Source: Aliivibrio fischeri ES114 | GTDB lineage: Bacteria; Pseudomonadota; Gammaproteobacteria; Enterobacterales; Vibrionaceae | Length of the DNA stretch: 32,000 bases | Direction: 5' to 3' (one strand) | Assembly (NCBI RefSeq): GCF_000011805.1 | Contig: NC_006840.2 | Shown here: piece after piece, positions 21,068 through 31,564 of the stretch | Layout of the letters: each line of letters opens with the position of its first letter | Position numbering within the stretch: the stretch's first letter is position 1 | Program-made: the position numbers and the translations under genes | The notes under the pieces: model-generated | What the model was told of the DNA's origin: nothing | The model's input: only the letters and a program-made list of their open reading frames with translations | The model's database searches: none

Positions 21068-21312
21068 GGGACAAGGGACAAGGGACGAGAATTTAGGGAC
21101 TAGATAAGAGCAGAAGAAAAGGTGGTTATTAATATTATTTCTTCACTTACAATATCCGAGGGTTATTCTAAGTTCCTAGTTCCTAGTTCCTAGTTCCTAG
21201 TTCCTAGTTCCTAGTTCCTAGTTCCTAGTTCCTAGTTCCTAGTTCCTAGTCTCTAGCTCTTGAAAGTTCTGTCGGCTCTTACCTCGCCCCTAATCACTCG
21301 TCCCTAGTCCCT
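21068..21312. repeat. 7-bp-periodic repeat element with inverted flanks
   Basis: GGGACAA GGGACAA GGGACGA at 21068-21088; 11 perfect AGTTCCT units at 21171-21247; CTCGTCCCTAGTCCCT at 21297-21312, inverted relative to the left arm with one mismatch. Confidence 0.9.
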
Positions 21313-21324
21313 ACTTTATAAGCA

Positions 21325-21358
21325 CAAAAAAAGACACGCAACTTTCATCGCGTGTCTT
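21325..21358 (-). terminator. Rho-independent terminator for pta
   Basis: On the minus strand AAGACACGC...GCGTGTCTT followed by a T tract. Confidence 0.85.
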
Positions 21359-21398
21359 CTTATTTTCATTAACTACGCTCTATTTCTAGAGCATGAAA

Positions 21399-23564
21399 TT
21401 AGTTAATTACTTTCTCTTCAGCTTGTGCAGCTTGATCCGCTTGGATAGCTGTTAGTGCTACTGTGTATACGATATCGTCAACTAGAGCACCACGAGACAA
21501 GTCATTTACTGGCTTGCGCATGCCTTGAAGCATTGGACCGATAGATACTAGGTCAGCAGAACGTTGAACTGCTTTGTACGTTGTGTTACCAGTGTTTAGG
21601 TCTGGGAATACAAATACAGTTGCTTTACCAGCTACAGGAGAGTTAGGAGCTTTAGAAGCAGCTACGTTTTCCATGATTGCAGCATCGTACTGTAGAGGAC
21701 CGTCGATTACTAGATCAGGACGTTTCTCTTGAGCGATCTTAGTTGCTTCGCGTACTTTATCAACGTCTGCACCCTTACCAGATTCACCAGTAGAGTAAGA
21801 GATCATTGCAACGCGTGGGTCGATACCAAACGCCATTGCAGAATCAGCAGATTGGATAGCGATTTCAGCAAGTTGCTCAGCTGTTGGATCAGGGTTGATC
21901 GCACAGTCACCGTATACAAGAACTTGATCAGGAAGAAGCATGAAGAAGATTGAAGATACGATAGAAGCATCAGGAGCTGTTTTGATGATTTGGAATGGAG
22001 GAACGATAGTGTTTGCTGTGGTATGAACCGCACCAGAAACAAGACCGTCAACTTCACCCGCTTCAAGCATCATAGTACCAAGGAATACAGAATCTTGTAG
22101 TTTTTCACGAGCCACAACTTCAGTCATGCCTTTCGCGCCACGTAGCTCAACTAAACGAGCAACGTAGTTTTCACGTACAGAATCAGAATCGATGATCTCA
22201 ACGCCAGCACCAAGTTCAACACCTTGTTGCGCTGCAACACGACGGATTTCTTCAGGGTTACCTAAAAGAACACAAGTCGCGATACCACGCTCAGCACAGA
22301 TAGCCGCAGCTTTAACTGTACGAGGCTCATCACCTTCAGGAAGAACGATACGTTTAGCCGCTTTACGAGCAAATTCAGTTAACTGGTAACGGAATGCTGG
22401 TGGGCTTAGACGACGGATACCTTCAGTACCTTCAGATAGAGAGTCAATCCAAGGGCCATCAATGTGGCTAGCAACGTGCTCGTTAACAAACTCAATACGC
22501 TCTTTATCATCTGCAGGAACTTCAAGGCTGAAGCTTTGTAGATTTAGAGACGTCTGCCAAGTGTTACCTTGTGCAGTGAAGATTGGAAGACCAGACTCTA
22601 GAGCAGGCTTACAAAGTTCAGCAATTGATTGAGGGATTTCGTAACCGCCAGTCAGTAAGATTGCGCCGATTTCTACGCCGTTCATTGCAGCAAGACATGC
22701 AGCAACGATAACGTCAGGACGGTCAGCAGAAGTTACTAGTAGAGAACCTGGTTTGAAGTGCTCAATCATGTGCGGTAGAGAACGTGCACAGAAAGTGATG
22801 CTCTTAATACGACGAGTAGCAATATCACCTTCGTTGATGATTTCAGCATTTAAGTGCTTAGCCATGTCGATAGCACGAGTAGCAATTAGGTCTACTTTCC
22901 AAGGCACACAACCAAGAACACGAATAGGACTAGAGTTGAAGATTTGCATTACTTCAAGGTTAGTCTTAGTCGTTGCATCTGCATCATCAAAGATTTCAGA
23001 TAGGTCAGGGCGAGTACGACCAGCTTCATCAACAGGTGCATTTAGCTTGTTAATGATAACGCCAGCGATTTGTTTGTTCTTAGTGCCACCAAAGTTAGAA
23101 CATGCTACTTCGATACGCTCTTTAAGTTGAGAAGGGTTATCTGTACCAGGAGTTGCTACAAACACAATCTCAGCACCCAGAGTTTTTGCAATTTCACCGT
23201 TTAATTGGTTAGCAAATGGGTGTTTACGAGTAGGAACTAAACCTTCGATAAGTGTCACATCAGTGCCTTGGCTGATTGACTTGTAACGCGCAACGATTTC
23301 TTCTAGAAGAACGTCAGACTGTTCGTTACGTAGCAGTTCTTCTGCACGAGAGATTGTAGTTGGTTCTGCTGCTTTGATATCGCTGCTGCTAGTCACGATT
23401 GAAGTAGTTAGATCAGGTTGATCACCACCGTGACGAGGCTGAGAGATTGGTTTGTAAAAAGAAACGCTTACGCCTTTACGTTCCATTGAACGTAATACAC
23501 CCAAACTTGCGCTAGTTAGACCAACACCAGCACTGATTGGAACAAGCATAATAGTACGAGACAT
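21399..23564 (-). CDS. pta: Phosphate acetyltransferase, long form
   Basis: 721 aa; [23 protein letters not shown]-terminal domain; DRTGG-like middle region; C-terminal [40 protein letters not shown]. Confidence 0.98.
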   Translation of the reverse strand: MSRTIMLVPISAGVGLTSASLGVLRSMERKGVSVSFYKPISQPRHGGDQPDLTTSIVTSSSDIKAAEPTTISRAEELLRNEQSDVLLEEIVARYKSISQGTDVTLIEGLVPTRKHPFANQLNGEIAKTLGAEIVFVATPGTDNPSQLKERIEVACSNFGGTKNKQIAGVIINKLNAPVDEAGRTRPDLSEIFDDADATTKTNLEVMQIFNSSPIRVLGCVPWKVDLIATRAIDMAKHLNAEIINEGDIATRRIKSITFCARSLPHMIEHFKPGSLLVTSADRPDVIVAACLAAMNGVEIGAILLTGGYEIPQSIAELCKPALESGLPIFTAQGNTWQTSLNLQSFSLEVPADDKERIEFVNEHVASHIDGPWIDSLSEGTEGIRRLSPPAFRYQLTEFARKAAKRIVLPEGDEPRTVKAAAICAERGIATCVLLGNPEEIRRVAAQQGVELGAGVEIIDSDSVRENYVARLVELRGAKGMTEVVAREKLQDSVFLGTMMLEAGEVDGLVSGAVHTTANTIVPPFQIIKTAPDASIVSSIFFMLLPDQVLVYGDCAINPDPTAEQLAEIAIQSADSAMAFGIDPRVAMISYSTGESGKGADVDKVREATKIAQEKRPDLVIDGPLQYDAAIMENVAASKAPNSPVAGKATVFVFPDLNTGNTTYKAVQRSADLVSIGPMLQGMRKPVNDLSRGALVDDIVYTVALTAIQADQAAQAEEKVIN

Positions 23565-23624
23565 GGAAAATTCCTCTACACTATTGGGGCAAGAGACCTT
23601 ATTGAAAAAATAAAGCCATAGAAA

Positions 23625-23653
23625 GAAAAAAGGCTAACCTAATGGCTAGCCTT
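23625..23653 (-). terminator. Terminator-like hairpin between ackA and pta (possible attenuator)
   Basis: Minus strand AAGGCTAGCCATTAGGTTAGCCTT followed by T's, about 10 nt after the ackA stop. Confidence 0.65.
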
Positions 23654-23663
23654 TTAGGAGATA

Positions 23664-24860
23664 TTACAGACCAGCTAGTTTAGCTGTGTCTTCTGCGATA
23701 ACTAGCTCTTCGTTAGTAGAGATAACCATTGCAGGAATACGGCTGTTAGCAGTAGTGATAGTACCTTCACCACCGAAACGTGCTTTAAGGTTTGCTTCGC
23801 CATCAACTTCGATACCGAAGATACCTAGACGGTTAAGAACCATTTCACGGATTGGAGCAGAGTTTTCACCGATGCCGCCTGTGAAAGTGATTGCGTCTAG
23901 ACGACCTTCTAGAGTTGCTGTGTAACCTGCAACGTATTTAGCTAGACGGTGACAGAATACGTCCATCGCACGTGTTGCTTCTTCTTTCTCACCGTAGTTG
24001 TCTTCAACGAAACGACAGTCAGAAGTTACTTGAGTTAGACCTTGTAGGCCAGACTCTTTAGTTAGCATGTTGTTGATTTGTTCAACAGAGTAACCTAGAG
24101 CGTCATGTAGGTGGAAAACGATAGCAGGATCGATGTCACCACAACGAGTACCCATTACTAGACCTTCAAGAGGAGTAAGACCCATAGAAGTATCTACAGA
24201 TTCACCGTTTTTAATTGCACATACAGATGCGCCGTTACCTAGGTGACAGTTAATGATGTTAACTTCTTCAACAGGTTTGTTTAGTAGGCCAGCAACTTCA
24301 CGAGTGATGAACAGGTGAGAAGTACCGTGCATGCCGTAACGACGGATGCCGTGCTCTTTGTATAGGTTGTATGGAAGAGCGTATAGGTAAGATTCTTCAG
24401 GCATAGTTTGGTGGAACGCAGTGTCAAATACAGCAACGTTTTTAAGGCCTGGGAAGTTAGCTTTAGCTGCTTCGATACCGATGATGTGAGCTGGGTTATG
24501 AAGAGGTGCAAAAGTTGCAGCGTCTTGAATACCTTTAAGTACTTCGTCAGTGATAAGAGCTGACTTAGTGAATTGCTCACCACCGTGTACGATACGGTGA
24601 CCGATAGCGCCAAGGTTAGCTTTAAGCTCTGGCTTAGATGCAAGGATAGTTTCTACCATAAATGATAGAGCTTCTACGTGTGCAGCGCCTGCACCTAGTT
24701 GAGCTTCGTGCTTGCCATCAAGTTTCCACTTCATACGAGCTTCAGGAAGACCAAGACACTCAGCAAGACCAGTTAAGTGCTCTGCACCAGATTCTGCGTC
24801 AACAACCGCAAATTTAAGAGAAGAACTACCGCAGTTTAAAACTAAAACCAGCTTAGACAT
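23664..24860 (-). CDS. ackA: Acetate kinase
   Basis: 398 aa; [61 protein letters not shown] and FTGGIGEN. Confidence 0.99.
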   Translation of the reverse strand: MSKLVLVLNCGSSSLKFAVVDAESGAEHLTGLAECLGLPEARMKWKLDGKHEAQLGAGAAHVEALSFMVETILASKPELKANLGAIGHRIVHGGEQFTKSALITDEVLKGIQDAATFAPLHNPAHIIGIEAAKANFPGLKNVAVFDTAFHQTMPEESYLYALPYNLYKEHGIRRYGMHGTSHLFITREVAGLLNKPVEEVNIINCHLGNGASVCAIKNGESVDTSMGLTPLEGLVMGTRCGDIDPAIVFHLHDALGYSVEQINNMLTKESGLQGLTQVTSDCRFVEDNYGEKEEATRAMDVFCHRLAKYVAGYTATLEGRLDAITFTGGIGENSAPIREMVLNRLGIFGIEVDGEANLKARFGGEGTITTANSRIPAMVISTNEELVIAEDTAKLAGL

Positions 24861-25177
24861 GTATAAATACCTATTTATTCATCAGTAATTAAAGTTATGT
24901 CGTAATGACATATCACGACAAATGTAGTCGATTAATTGAAAACAACCACATTTATCCAAAAAAATTAGCTATCCTTAGTAAGAGCATTACAGCAGTCCTT
25001 GCCGATTTATCTACTTTTAGCTTATAGTAGAACTACAGCAAAAGATAAATCAGCGCATAGGATAACGATTGTGCGCTAAGATAACAAAAATATTTTAAGA
25101 TAATATTAATTCTAATCAAGTTTATTCTGTATTTTTTTGAATGATTCAACTTTTGTTTAGAAGTCCAAGGGGGCAAT

Positions 25178-25627
25178 ATGAGTGAAAACGGTTTTTTATT
25201 CCGATTTCGAGATGGTCAAACCTATATGGATACTTGGCCTGAGCGAAAAGAGTTAGCTCCGATGTTCCCTGAGCAACGAGTGATTAAAGCAACTAAGTTC
25301 GCTGTTAAAGTCATGCCAGCGGTTGCGGTTATCAGCGTATTAACGCAAATGGTTTTTAATAATACTGCTGGGTTGCCACAAGCGATCATCATTGCATTGT
25401 TTGCCATTAGTATGCCATTACAAGGTTTTTGGTGGTTAGGTAATAGAGCGAATACAAAATTACCGCCAGCATTAGCGAGTTGGTATCGTGAGTTATACCA
25501 AAAAATTATTGAATCAGGGGCGGCATTAGAGCCAATGAAGAGTCAGCCACGTTATAAAGAACTGGCGAATATTTTGAATAAAGCGTTTAAACAGTTAGAT
25601 AAAACAGCTTTAGAACGTTGGTTTTAA
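25178..25627 (+). CDS. yfbV: UPF0208 membrane protein YfbV family
   Basis: 149 aa with two hydrophobic segments; divergent from ackA as in other gammaproteobacteria ([23 protein letters not shown]). Confidence 0.88.
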   Translation: MSENGFLFRFRDGQTYMDTWPERKELAPMFPEQRVIKATKFAVKVMPAVAVISVLTQMVFNNTAGLPQAIIIALFAISMPLQGFWWLGNRANTKLPPALASWYRELYQKIIESGAALEPMKSQPRYKELANILNKAFKQLDKTALERWF

Positions 25628-25654
25628 TATTTTCTTACATAAAGTATAGATAAT

Positions 25655-25686
25655 AAAAAAGGAGCTAATTTTAGCTCCTTTTTTGA
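25655..25686 (+). terminator. Rho-independent terminator after yfbV
   Basis: AAAAAAGGAGCTAATTTTAGCTCCTTTTTT. Confidence 0.85.
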
Positions 25687-25698
25687 TCTTTAGTTATC

Positions 25699-25726
25699 AA
25701 CAATCTGAATGAGTATTCAGATTGTT
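25699..25726. terminator. Perfect 12-bp hairpin at the argS 3' end
   Basis: AACAATCTGAAT-GAGT-ATTCAGATTGTT, 11 nt past the argS stop on the minus strand; no clean T tract. Confidence 0.5.
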
Positions 25727-25736
25727 AAAATAGGAA

Positions 25737-27470
25737 TTACATACGCTCTAGCGTTTCAATACCTAGTAGTTCTAAGCCTTGCTTAATTGTTTTCGCTGTT
25801 AATGCAGCTAACTTCAGGCGGCTTTGCTTAACAGCATCATCTTCGTTGTTAAGAATAGGGCACGCTTCGTAGAAGCTAGAGAATTGACCAGCAAGTTCAA
25901 ATAGGTAAGCACACATTAGGTGAGGTTGACCTTCACTTGCTACAGCTTGAACCGCTTCTTCAAATTGCATTAACTTAGCAACTAACGCTTTTTCTTTCTC
26001 ATCTGTGATCTTAACTTCACCTGTTAACTCATCCATAGATAAGCCAGCTTTGCTGAAGATAGAAGCTACACGAGTGTATGCATATTGCATGTAAGGCGCT
26101 GTGTTACCTTCGAACGCAAGCATGTTATCCCAATCGAAGATGTAATCCGTAGTACGGTGCTTAGAAAGATCTGAGTACTTAACTGCTGCCATTGCAACGG
26201 TTGTAGCAATTTTTGCTTTTTCTTCAGCAGATAGATCTTTGTTTTTCTCTTCGATCAGTTTTGTTGCACGTTCTTCAGCTTCATCAAGAAGATCAGCTAG
26301 ACGAACTGTACCGCCTGCACGAGTTTTAAATGGGCGACCATCTTTACCTAGCATCATACCAAATGCATGGTGCTCTAGAGATACGCTCTCAGGAACATAG
26401 CCCGCTTTACGAACGATAGTCCAAGCTTGCATTAAGTGCTGGTGTTGACGTGAATCGATGAAGTAAAGAACACGATCTGCATTCAGTTCTTCGTAACGGT
26501 ATTTAGCACAAGCAATATCTGTTGTTGTGTATAGGAAGCCACCGTCACGTTTTTGAACGATAACACCCATAGGTTCACCATCTTTGTTTTTGTATTCATC
26601 TAGGAATACAACTTGAGCGCCTTCGCTCTCAACAGCTAAACCTTGTTTTTGAAGATCAGCAACAATTGGAGCAAGCATGCTGTTGTACATACTTTCGCCC
26701 ATTACGTTATCACGAGTAAGTGATACGTTTAGACGGTCATAGTTGCGTTGGTTTTGAACCATAGTAACGTCAACAAGCTTCTTCCACATTTCTGCGCAGA
26801 ACTCATCACCGCTTTGAAGTTTAACAACATAACCACGAGCGGTTACTGCAAACTCTTCGTCTTCGTCATACAGTTTTTTAGATTCACGGTAGAAACCTTC
26901 AAGATCAGACAGTTCCATAGAAACTTCGCCTTTCTCTTTTTGGATACGCTCAAGGTTTGCGATAAGCATACCAAACTGAGTACCCCAGTCACCGATGTGG
27001 TTAGCACGAGTAACGTTGTGACCTAAAAACTCAAGAGTACGAACAACAGCATCACCAATGATAGTTGAACGTAAGTGACCCACGTGCATTTCTTTAGCAA
27101 CGTTTGGTGCAGAGTAGTCTGCAACGATGTTTTGTTGTTCTTCTTTAGCAACACCTAAGCGTTCGTCAGCTAATGCTGCTTCTGCTTGTTTTGCTAGAAA
27201 TTCTTCTGATAAGAAAATATTGATAAAGCCAGGGCCTGCAATTTCAGTTTTGCTAGCGATGCCATCAAGATCCAAAACATCCAGTACTTTCTGAGCAAAT
27301 TCTCGTGGGTTTGTACCTAGTCGCTTAGCTACGCCCATTACGCCGTTAGCTTGGTAGTCACCAAATTGTGCTTTTGCAGATTGACGTACTGCGGCAGGGC
27401 TGCCTGCTGGCGCACCGGCTGCTTCTAACGCTTGAGAAACTTTGTCGTTAATAAGTGATTGAATATTCAA
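25737..27470 (-). CDS. argS: Arginyl-tRNA synthetase
   Basis: 577 aa; [12 protein letters not shown] class I signature; [19 protein letters not shown]; C-terminal LGIETLERM. Confidence 0.99.
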   Translation of the reverse strand: MNIQSLINDKVSQALEAAGAPAGSPAAVRQSAKAQFGDYQANGVMGVAKRLGTNPREFAQKVLDVLDLDGIASKTEIAGPGFINIFLSEEFLAKQAEAALADERLGVAKEEQQNIVADYSAPNVAKEMHVGHLRSTIIGDAVVRTLEFLGHNVTRANHIGDWGTQFGMLIANLERIQKEKGEVSMELSDLEGFYRESKKLYDEDEEFAVTARGYVVKLQSGDEFCAEMWKKLVDVTMVQNQRNYDRLNVSLTRDNVMGESMYNSMLAPIVADLQKQGLAVESEGAQVVFLDEYKNKDGEPMGVIVQKRDGGFLYTTTDIACAKYRYEELNADRVLYFIDSRQHQHLMQAWTIVRKAGYVPESVSLEHHAFGMMLGKDGRPFKTRAGGTVRLADLLDEAEERATKLIEEKNKDLSAEEKAKIATTVAMAAVKYSDLSKHRTTDYIFDWDNMLAFEGNTAPYMQYAYTRVASIFSKAGLSMDELTGEVKITDEKEKALVAKLMQFEEAVQAVASEGQPHLMCAYLFELAGQFSSFYEACPILNNEDDAVKQSRLKLAALTAKTIKQGLELLGIETLERM

Positions 27471-27677
27471 AGAGGTTATCCTTCATATCGCTGTTAAACA
27501 GGAATGCTATTGCATGGAAAGCAAAATAATCGCTAATAATAGCAATAAAACAGGGGATATTTAATAGTTTCTGTTATTTTTTATTGCAACTTAGGGGCTA
27601 TTTTTCGAAAGGTTCTAAACATCAAGTAAAGAGGTTGATACAATTCGGTTTCTCTTTTTTATTGTTAGGTTGCCTTC

Positions 27678-28274
27678 ATGTCATCACTATTATTAAAACA
27701 GCAACAATTAGAGCCTCAACAACTGATTAATGCATTACCTTCATTTATGGAGAAGATCCAAGCATTATTGGATGTATTAGAAATCGATTTAACTCAATAT
27801 CAAGCCGATCACATTGCATTAAGAATCAATGATCGTGATGTAGCAGAAGCGGCTCATCAAGCGTGGCTACAACAAGCAGAAGAATGGTCAAATAATGAAA
27901 TTAACGGTCGTCCTATTATTGCTTTAGGTTTTAATCAAGCGTTAACTATCAATGATTGGTCTATTGAATGTTTAGAGTTGCCATACCCTGGTGATAAAAG
28001 TTATCCGCAGCAAGGGTGGGAACATGTAGAGTGGGTTATCCCATGTGATGTGGATTCTCAAGAAGCTTTTTTGGAATATGTATTTAAAACGTTCCCAACA
28101 CTAAAAGATAAATGGGATAACTTGGCGTCTTTAGGCGTGAAAGTAAAACAAAGCTGCCCATCAGGTGATGCAGAGCGTATTGCAAATTATACCGTAGCAT
28201 TCAAATACCAAGGAGTGTGTATAAAGCTTCATCCTCACAGTTTAAAAGCAGTTATTGAGAGTGAGCAGGCATAA
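27678..28274 (+). CDS. YecM-like VOC-superfamily protein
   Basis: 198 aa; ADHIALRINDRDVAEAAHQAWL..., IECLELPYPGDKSYPQQGWEHVEWVIP. Family named from recognition, without a search. Confidence 0.75.
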   Translation: MSSLLLKQQQLEPQQLINALPSFMEKIQALLDVLEIDLTQYQADHIALRINDRDVAEAAHQAWLQQAEEWSNNEINGRPIIALGFNQALTINDWSIECLELPYPGDKSYPQQGWEHVEWVIPCDVDSQEAFLEYVFKTFPTLKDKWDNLASLGVKVKQSCPSGDAERIANYTVAFKYQGVCIKLHPHSLKAVIESEQA

Positions 28275-28296
28275 GATAAGCAGGTTTTAAGAACAT

Positions 28297-28330
28297 AAAA
28301 GGCATCCAATCTAGAATCTGGATGCCTTTT
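28297..28330. terminator. Bidirectional terminator between convergent genes
   Basis: AAAAGGCATCC...GGATGCCTTTT, 11-bp perfect stem. Confidence 0.8.
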
Positions 28331-28347
28331 TATTATGGAGTGAGTAG

Positions 28348-29580
28348 TTATGGCTTACATAATTCAGCAACCACTTTTAATCGACGCTCTGGCTCGGCAA
28401 CAAATGGATTGCTTTCATCCCAAGCATAGCCAGCTAAAATGGCGCAGATCATTTGTTTAATTTTAGGATTCGGATTTTCATGGAAGATCACATCTTGGAA
28501 TGTCCCTTCATACCATCCTTCTACGTAACAACGAAAAGCATTGACTCCTTTCATCAACTTATCTGAGTAATCTTGCTGCCAATTAACGTCTTCTTGATTA
28601 AATTGCTTAATCAATAAGTCTGCAGCTAGCTCTGCCGATTTCATTGCAATCGTGACACCAGAAGAGAACACCGGATCTAAAAATTCACCAGCATTGCCCA
28701 GTAAAGCAAAGTTTTTATCAAACAGCTTACTGACATTGGCAGAATAGCCCATGATTTCACCGCAAGGGTTCGGGTATTCAGCTTGGTTTAACAGATGTTT
28801 GAGATTACTTTCTTCTTCTGCAAGTTGTTTTAATGCCGTTACTTTATCTTCTGAATATGCATCGAAGAACTCAGGCTCTCCAACCACACCAAAAGAGCAG
28901 GTCCCATTACTGAATGGAATTAACCAATACCACACTTGTGTATTTGTTGGATGAACAGAGACTAAAATTTTATTTCTGTCGTAGCTTTCGTCAGTAATAT
29001 TGTCTTTTATATGTGTAAAAATAGCACGGCGTGGTGGCAGACATGAGGGCTCTTCTAATTCCAATAATTTTGGTAGAACACGGCCAAAGCCACTCGCATC
29101 AAGAATGAAATCTGCTTGAATTTGGTAAGGCGTTCCGTTTTCATCCAGTACCGATAATAGAGGCTTTTCTGCATTTACATCCACATCGGTTATTTCATGC
29201 TGATAGCGAATTTCAACGCCTTGTTCTTTTGCACAATCAGCTAAAACTTTATCAAAGTTGCCACGTTGTACTTGGAATGTGGTTCCTGCGCCGTCGGTGA
29301 ATTTGTCCGTAAAATCAAAAGAAGTGAAAGTGCCATTACAATGAAATGCAGCACCATCTTTGAATTGAAAACAAGCATCTTCAACAGCGTTTAACATGCC
29401 TGCATGTTTAATGGATTCCATACATGCAGGTAATAAACTTTCACCGATAGAAAAGCGAGGGAAAGTCGATTTTTCAAGAATAATGCAGTTGATATTGTGT
29501 TTGTTTAATAGGGCAGCAGCAATAGAGCCAGAAGGTCCAGCACCAATAATAGCCACTTGGGTTGTTTGTGGTGATAACAC
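28348..29580 (-). CDS. FAD-dependent oxidoreductase, flavin-dependent halogenase-like
   Basis: 410 aa; N-terminal GAGPSGSIAAALL Rossmann motif; FPRFSIGESLLPACMESI; VWYWLIPF, matching the WxWxIP halogenase signature; NAGEFLDPVFSSGVTIAMKSA. Confidence 0.82.
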   Translation of the reverse strand: MLSPQTTQVAIIGAGPSGSIAAALLNKHNINCIILEKSTFPRFSIGESLLPACMESIKHAGMLNAVEDACFQFKDGAAFHCNGTFTSFDFTDKFTDGAGTTFQVQRGNFDKVLADCAKEQGVEIRYQHEITDVDVNAEKPLLSVLDENGTPYQIQADFILDASGFGRVLPKLLELEEPSCLPPRRAIFTHIKDNITDESYDRNKILVSVHPTNTQVWYWLIPFSNGTCSFGVVGEPEFFDAYSEDKVTALKQLAEEESNLKHLLNQAEYPNPCGEIMGYSANVSKLFDKNFALLGNAGEFLDPVFSSGVTIAMKSAELAADLLIKQFNQEDVNWQQDYSDKLMKGVNAFRCYVEGWYEGTFQDVIFHENPNPKIKQMICAILAGYAWDESNPFVAEPERRLKVVAELCKP

Positions 29581-29679
29581 AAGTGCTCCTTAGAGACAAA
29601 AGCACCACTTTAGGTATCAGTAACCTAAAGTGGTGAGGATATTATTATATTTATAAGTGATTTTTATTTAAAAACAGAC

Positions 29680-30747
29680 TTACTTAGCACGAAGTTCAAG
29701 TAATGTGTGGCCTAAGCCAATATTGTCTGTTTGCTCAGCAACAGCAAAACCCGCTTCTTCAATAATTTCTAAGAAATCACTACAACGATAGAAACGACTA
29801 TTACCATTGGCTAAACAAGTGAAGTATAGAGAGGTTGCATTTAGGCTAAACGAAGCAGCATCGTATTTTTGCGCATCCCAAAATAGCTCTAAAATATACA
29901 CTTTCGCATCGGTAGACATGGCTGCACGTACACGTTTTAAAATGCTTAAAATTTCCATTGGAGAGAAACAATCTAGGAATTGGCTCATCCACCATACGTC
30001 TGCGCCTTGAGGTAATGGTAGAGTCTTATCAAGCATATTAGTTGGGTGACCATTAATACGGTCGGCAAAACCTTGTTCTTTGGCATTTTTTAACGCCATT
30101 TCGATTTGTTGTGGAAGGTCAATGATTGTTACTTCAACATCGTTATCGTAATTACAGCATTGTAGTGCCCATTTACCCGTGTTGCCGCCGATATCAAACA
30201 AACGCTTTGGTTTTTGGCTTAATACTTTTTCTAATAAGATTGGGAACGAACGGTCAGAATAGAAGTGATCAAACTTAAACCAGCTCTCTTTGGCTTTTTC
30301 TGGTAATCGAGACAAACCTTCATAAATCGTTGGCCAGTCACCTAACTCTTTTAAGCCGGCAGGTGTGCCTTCTTGAATTGCCTCTGTAAGATGCATCATA
30401 GCGGCATAACAAACATCAGCTGTAAAGTCTAAGTTAGCGTTCGTCATCCCATCGTGTAATAAGAAGTGCCCAAGGTTCGCAAGAACATAGTTTGGTTTAT
30501 TCCAAGTAACAATGTGCGCACTTAATGCCATATCAAGTAAGACTTTCACGCCATATTCAGATACACCCGTTTCTTGTGCTAATTGCTCAGCATCTAAACC
30601 TTGATCTTGAGCTTTATCTAAAGCCGCTAGAATACCAAGATCTCTAAGCGTTCGAGCTGTATGAAAAACAATAGGAGCAAAAGAAAGTTTTTGAGCTTCT
30701 GTTTTTGCTTCTAATGCGTTAAATGGGTCATTTTTATATTGAGTCAC
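29680..30747 (-). CDS. Class I SAM-dependent methyltransferase, O-methyltransferase-like with N-terminal winged-helix dimerization domain
   Basis: 355 aa; RLFDIGGNTGKWALQCC (motif I) and VTIIDLPQQIEMA; N-terminal helix-rich region DAEQLAQETGVSEYGVKVLLDMAL. Confidence 0.85.
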   Translation of the reverse strand: MTQYKNDPFNALEAKTEAQKLSFAPIVFHTARTLRDLGILAALDKAQDQGLDAEQLAQETGVSEYGVKVLLDMALSAHIVTWNKPNYVLANLGHFLLHDGMTNANLDFTADVCYAAMMHLTEAIQEGTPAGLKELGDWPTIYEGLSRLPEKAKESWFKFDHFYSDRSFPILLEKVLSQKPKRLFDIGGNTGKWALQCCNYDNDVEVTIIDLPQQIEMALKNAKEQGFADRINGHPTNMLDKTLPLPQGADVWWMSQFLDCFSPMEILSILKRVRAAMSTDAKVYILELFWDAQKYDAASFSLNATSLYFTCLANGNSRFYRCSDFLEIIEEAGFAVAEQTDNIGLGHTLLELRAK

Positions 30748-30850
30748 AGAGATTAACCATAGTTGAAGATAATAAAATGATCATATCAGTGGTATTGAGT
30801 GAAACTTTGTTCAAAAGCAAGAAACCACTGATATATAAGAGAGAATGATA

Positions 30851-31426
30851 TTAATCGATTATATTTGATACGGTATTACCGTTAAATTCGACTTTAAAAG
30901 TATTAAATCTATTTTTCCAATATAACCAATGATCGCTATTTAAATTAGGTGTTCTATGTTCTGGTGGGAAGCCGATGGCATATTTTACGCCTTCTTTTGT
31001 CATGCCTTTCTTAACCACACCTTCTTTTATTCCCTGCTGATCAAGTGCACTTAGTTTTTCTACTTTTTCAGTATTACACTCAGTACCGAAATAGTTGCTT
31101 AAGTATTTTGCAAAATCAGGAGATGATTTGTGTTTATCTAAAATATATTCTCTGCCACTACTATCAATTTTAAATGTAAGACGTTTAGTACTAACGTTGA
31201 CAATATCAACTTGAGTACAGAGAGGGATTAATCCATCTTGTTGAAAATTAACAGAATAAAGTTTTGAGCGAGTGTCGTCAGGGTGAAGGTTAACAAGAGT
31301 ATAAACGGGTTTATTGGTAAGAAATAAATCGTCACCCGTATTTTTGTCAGTAAGAGTCATGACACTCGCGCAACCCGATAAAATTATTAAACCGGAAGTC
31401 GCTAATAATGGTTTTAAAAATGACAT
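30851..31426 (-). CDS. Predicted lipoprotein of unknown function, possibly BamE/SmpA-like C-terminal fold
   Basis: 191 aa; signal peptide with lipobox LSGCAS; C-terminal KGMTKEGVKYAIGFPPEHRTP...LYWKNRFNTFKVEFNGNTV. Confidence 0.7.
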   Translation of the reverse strand: MSFLKPLLATSGLIILSGCASVMTLTDKNTGDDLFLTNKPVYTLVNLHPDDTRSKLYSVNFQQDGLIPLCTQVDIVNVSTKRLTFKIDSSGREYILDKHKSSPDFAKYLSNYFGTECNTEKVEKLSALDQQGIKEGVVKKGMTKEGVKYAIGFPPEHRTPNLNSDHWLYWKNRFNTFKVEFNGNTVSNIID

Positions 31427-31564
31427 GGTAGTCCTTTAAATTTCGCTATATATATTTATTTACCGTATGACTCGCATTAATCTATTTGCGCCAAGTCACT
31501 GAATTCATATATCCTATACGAGTAGGCTAACAAATTGTAATATTTTTACGACTAGATGGATATC

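Noticed and set aside
21171-21247. CRISPR array
   Set aside because: The units are directly abutting 7-mers with no unique spacers and no cas genes; this is a tandem minisatellite.
22753-23130. 125-aa ORF antisense to pta
   Set aside because: Overlaps the well-supported pta frame; composition is typical of an antisense shadow.
24281-24643. 120-aa ORF inside ackA, same strand, other frame
   Set aside because: Repetitive Leu/Thr-rich translation caused by ackA codon bias; no independent support.
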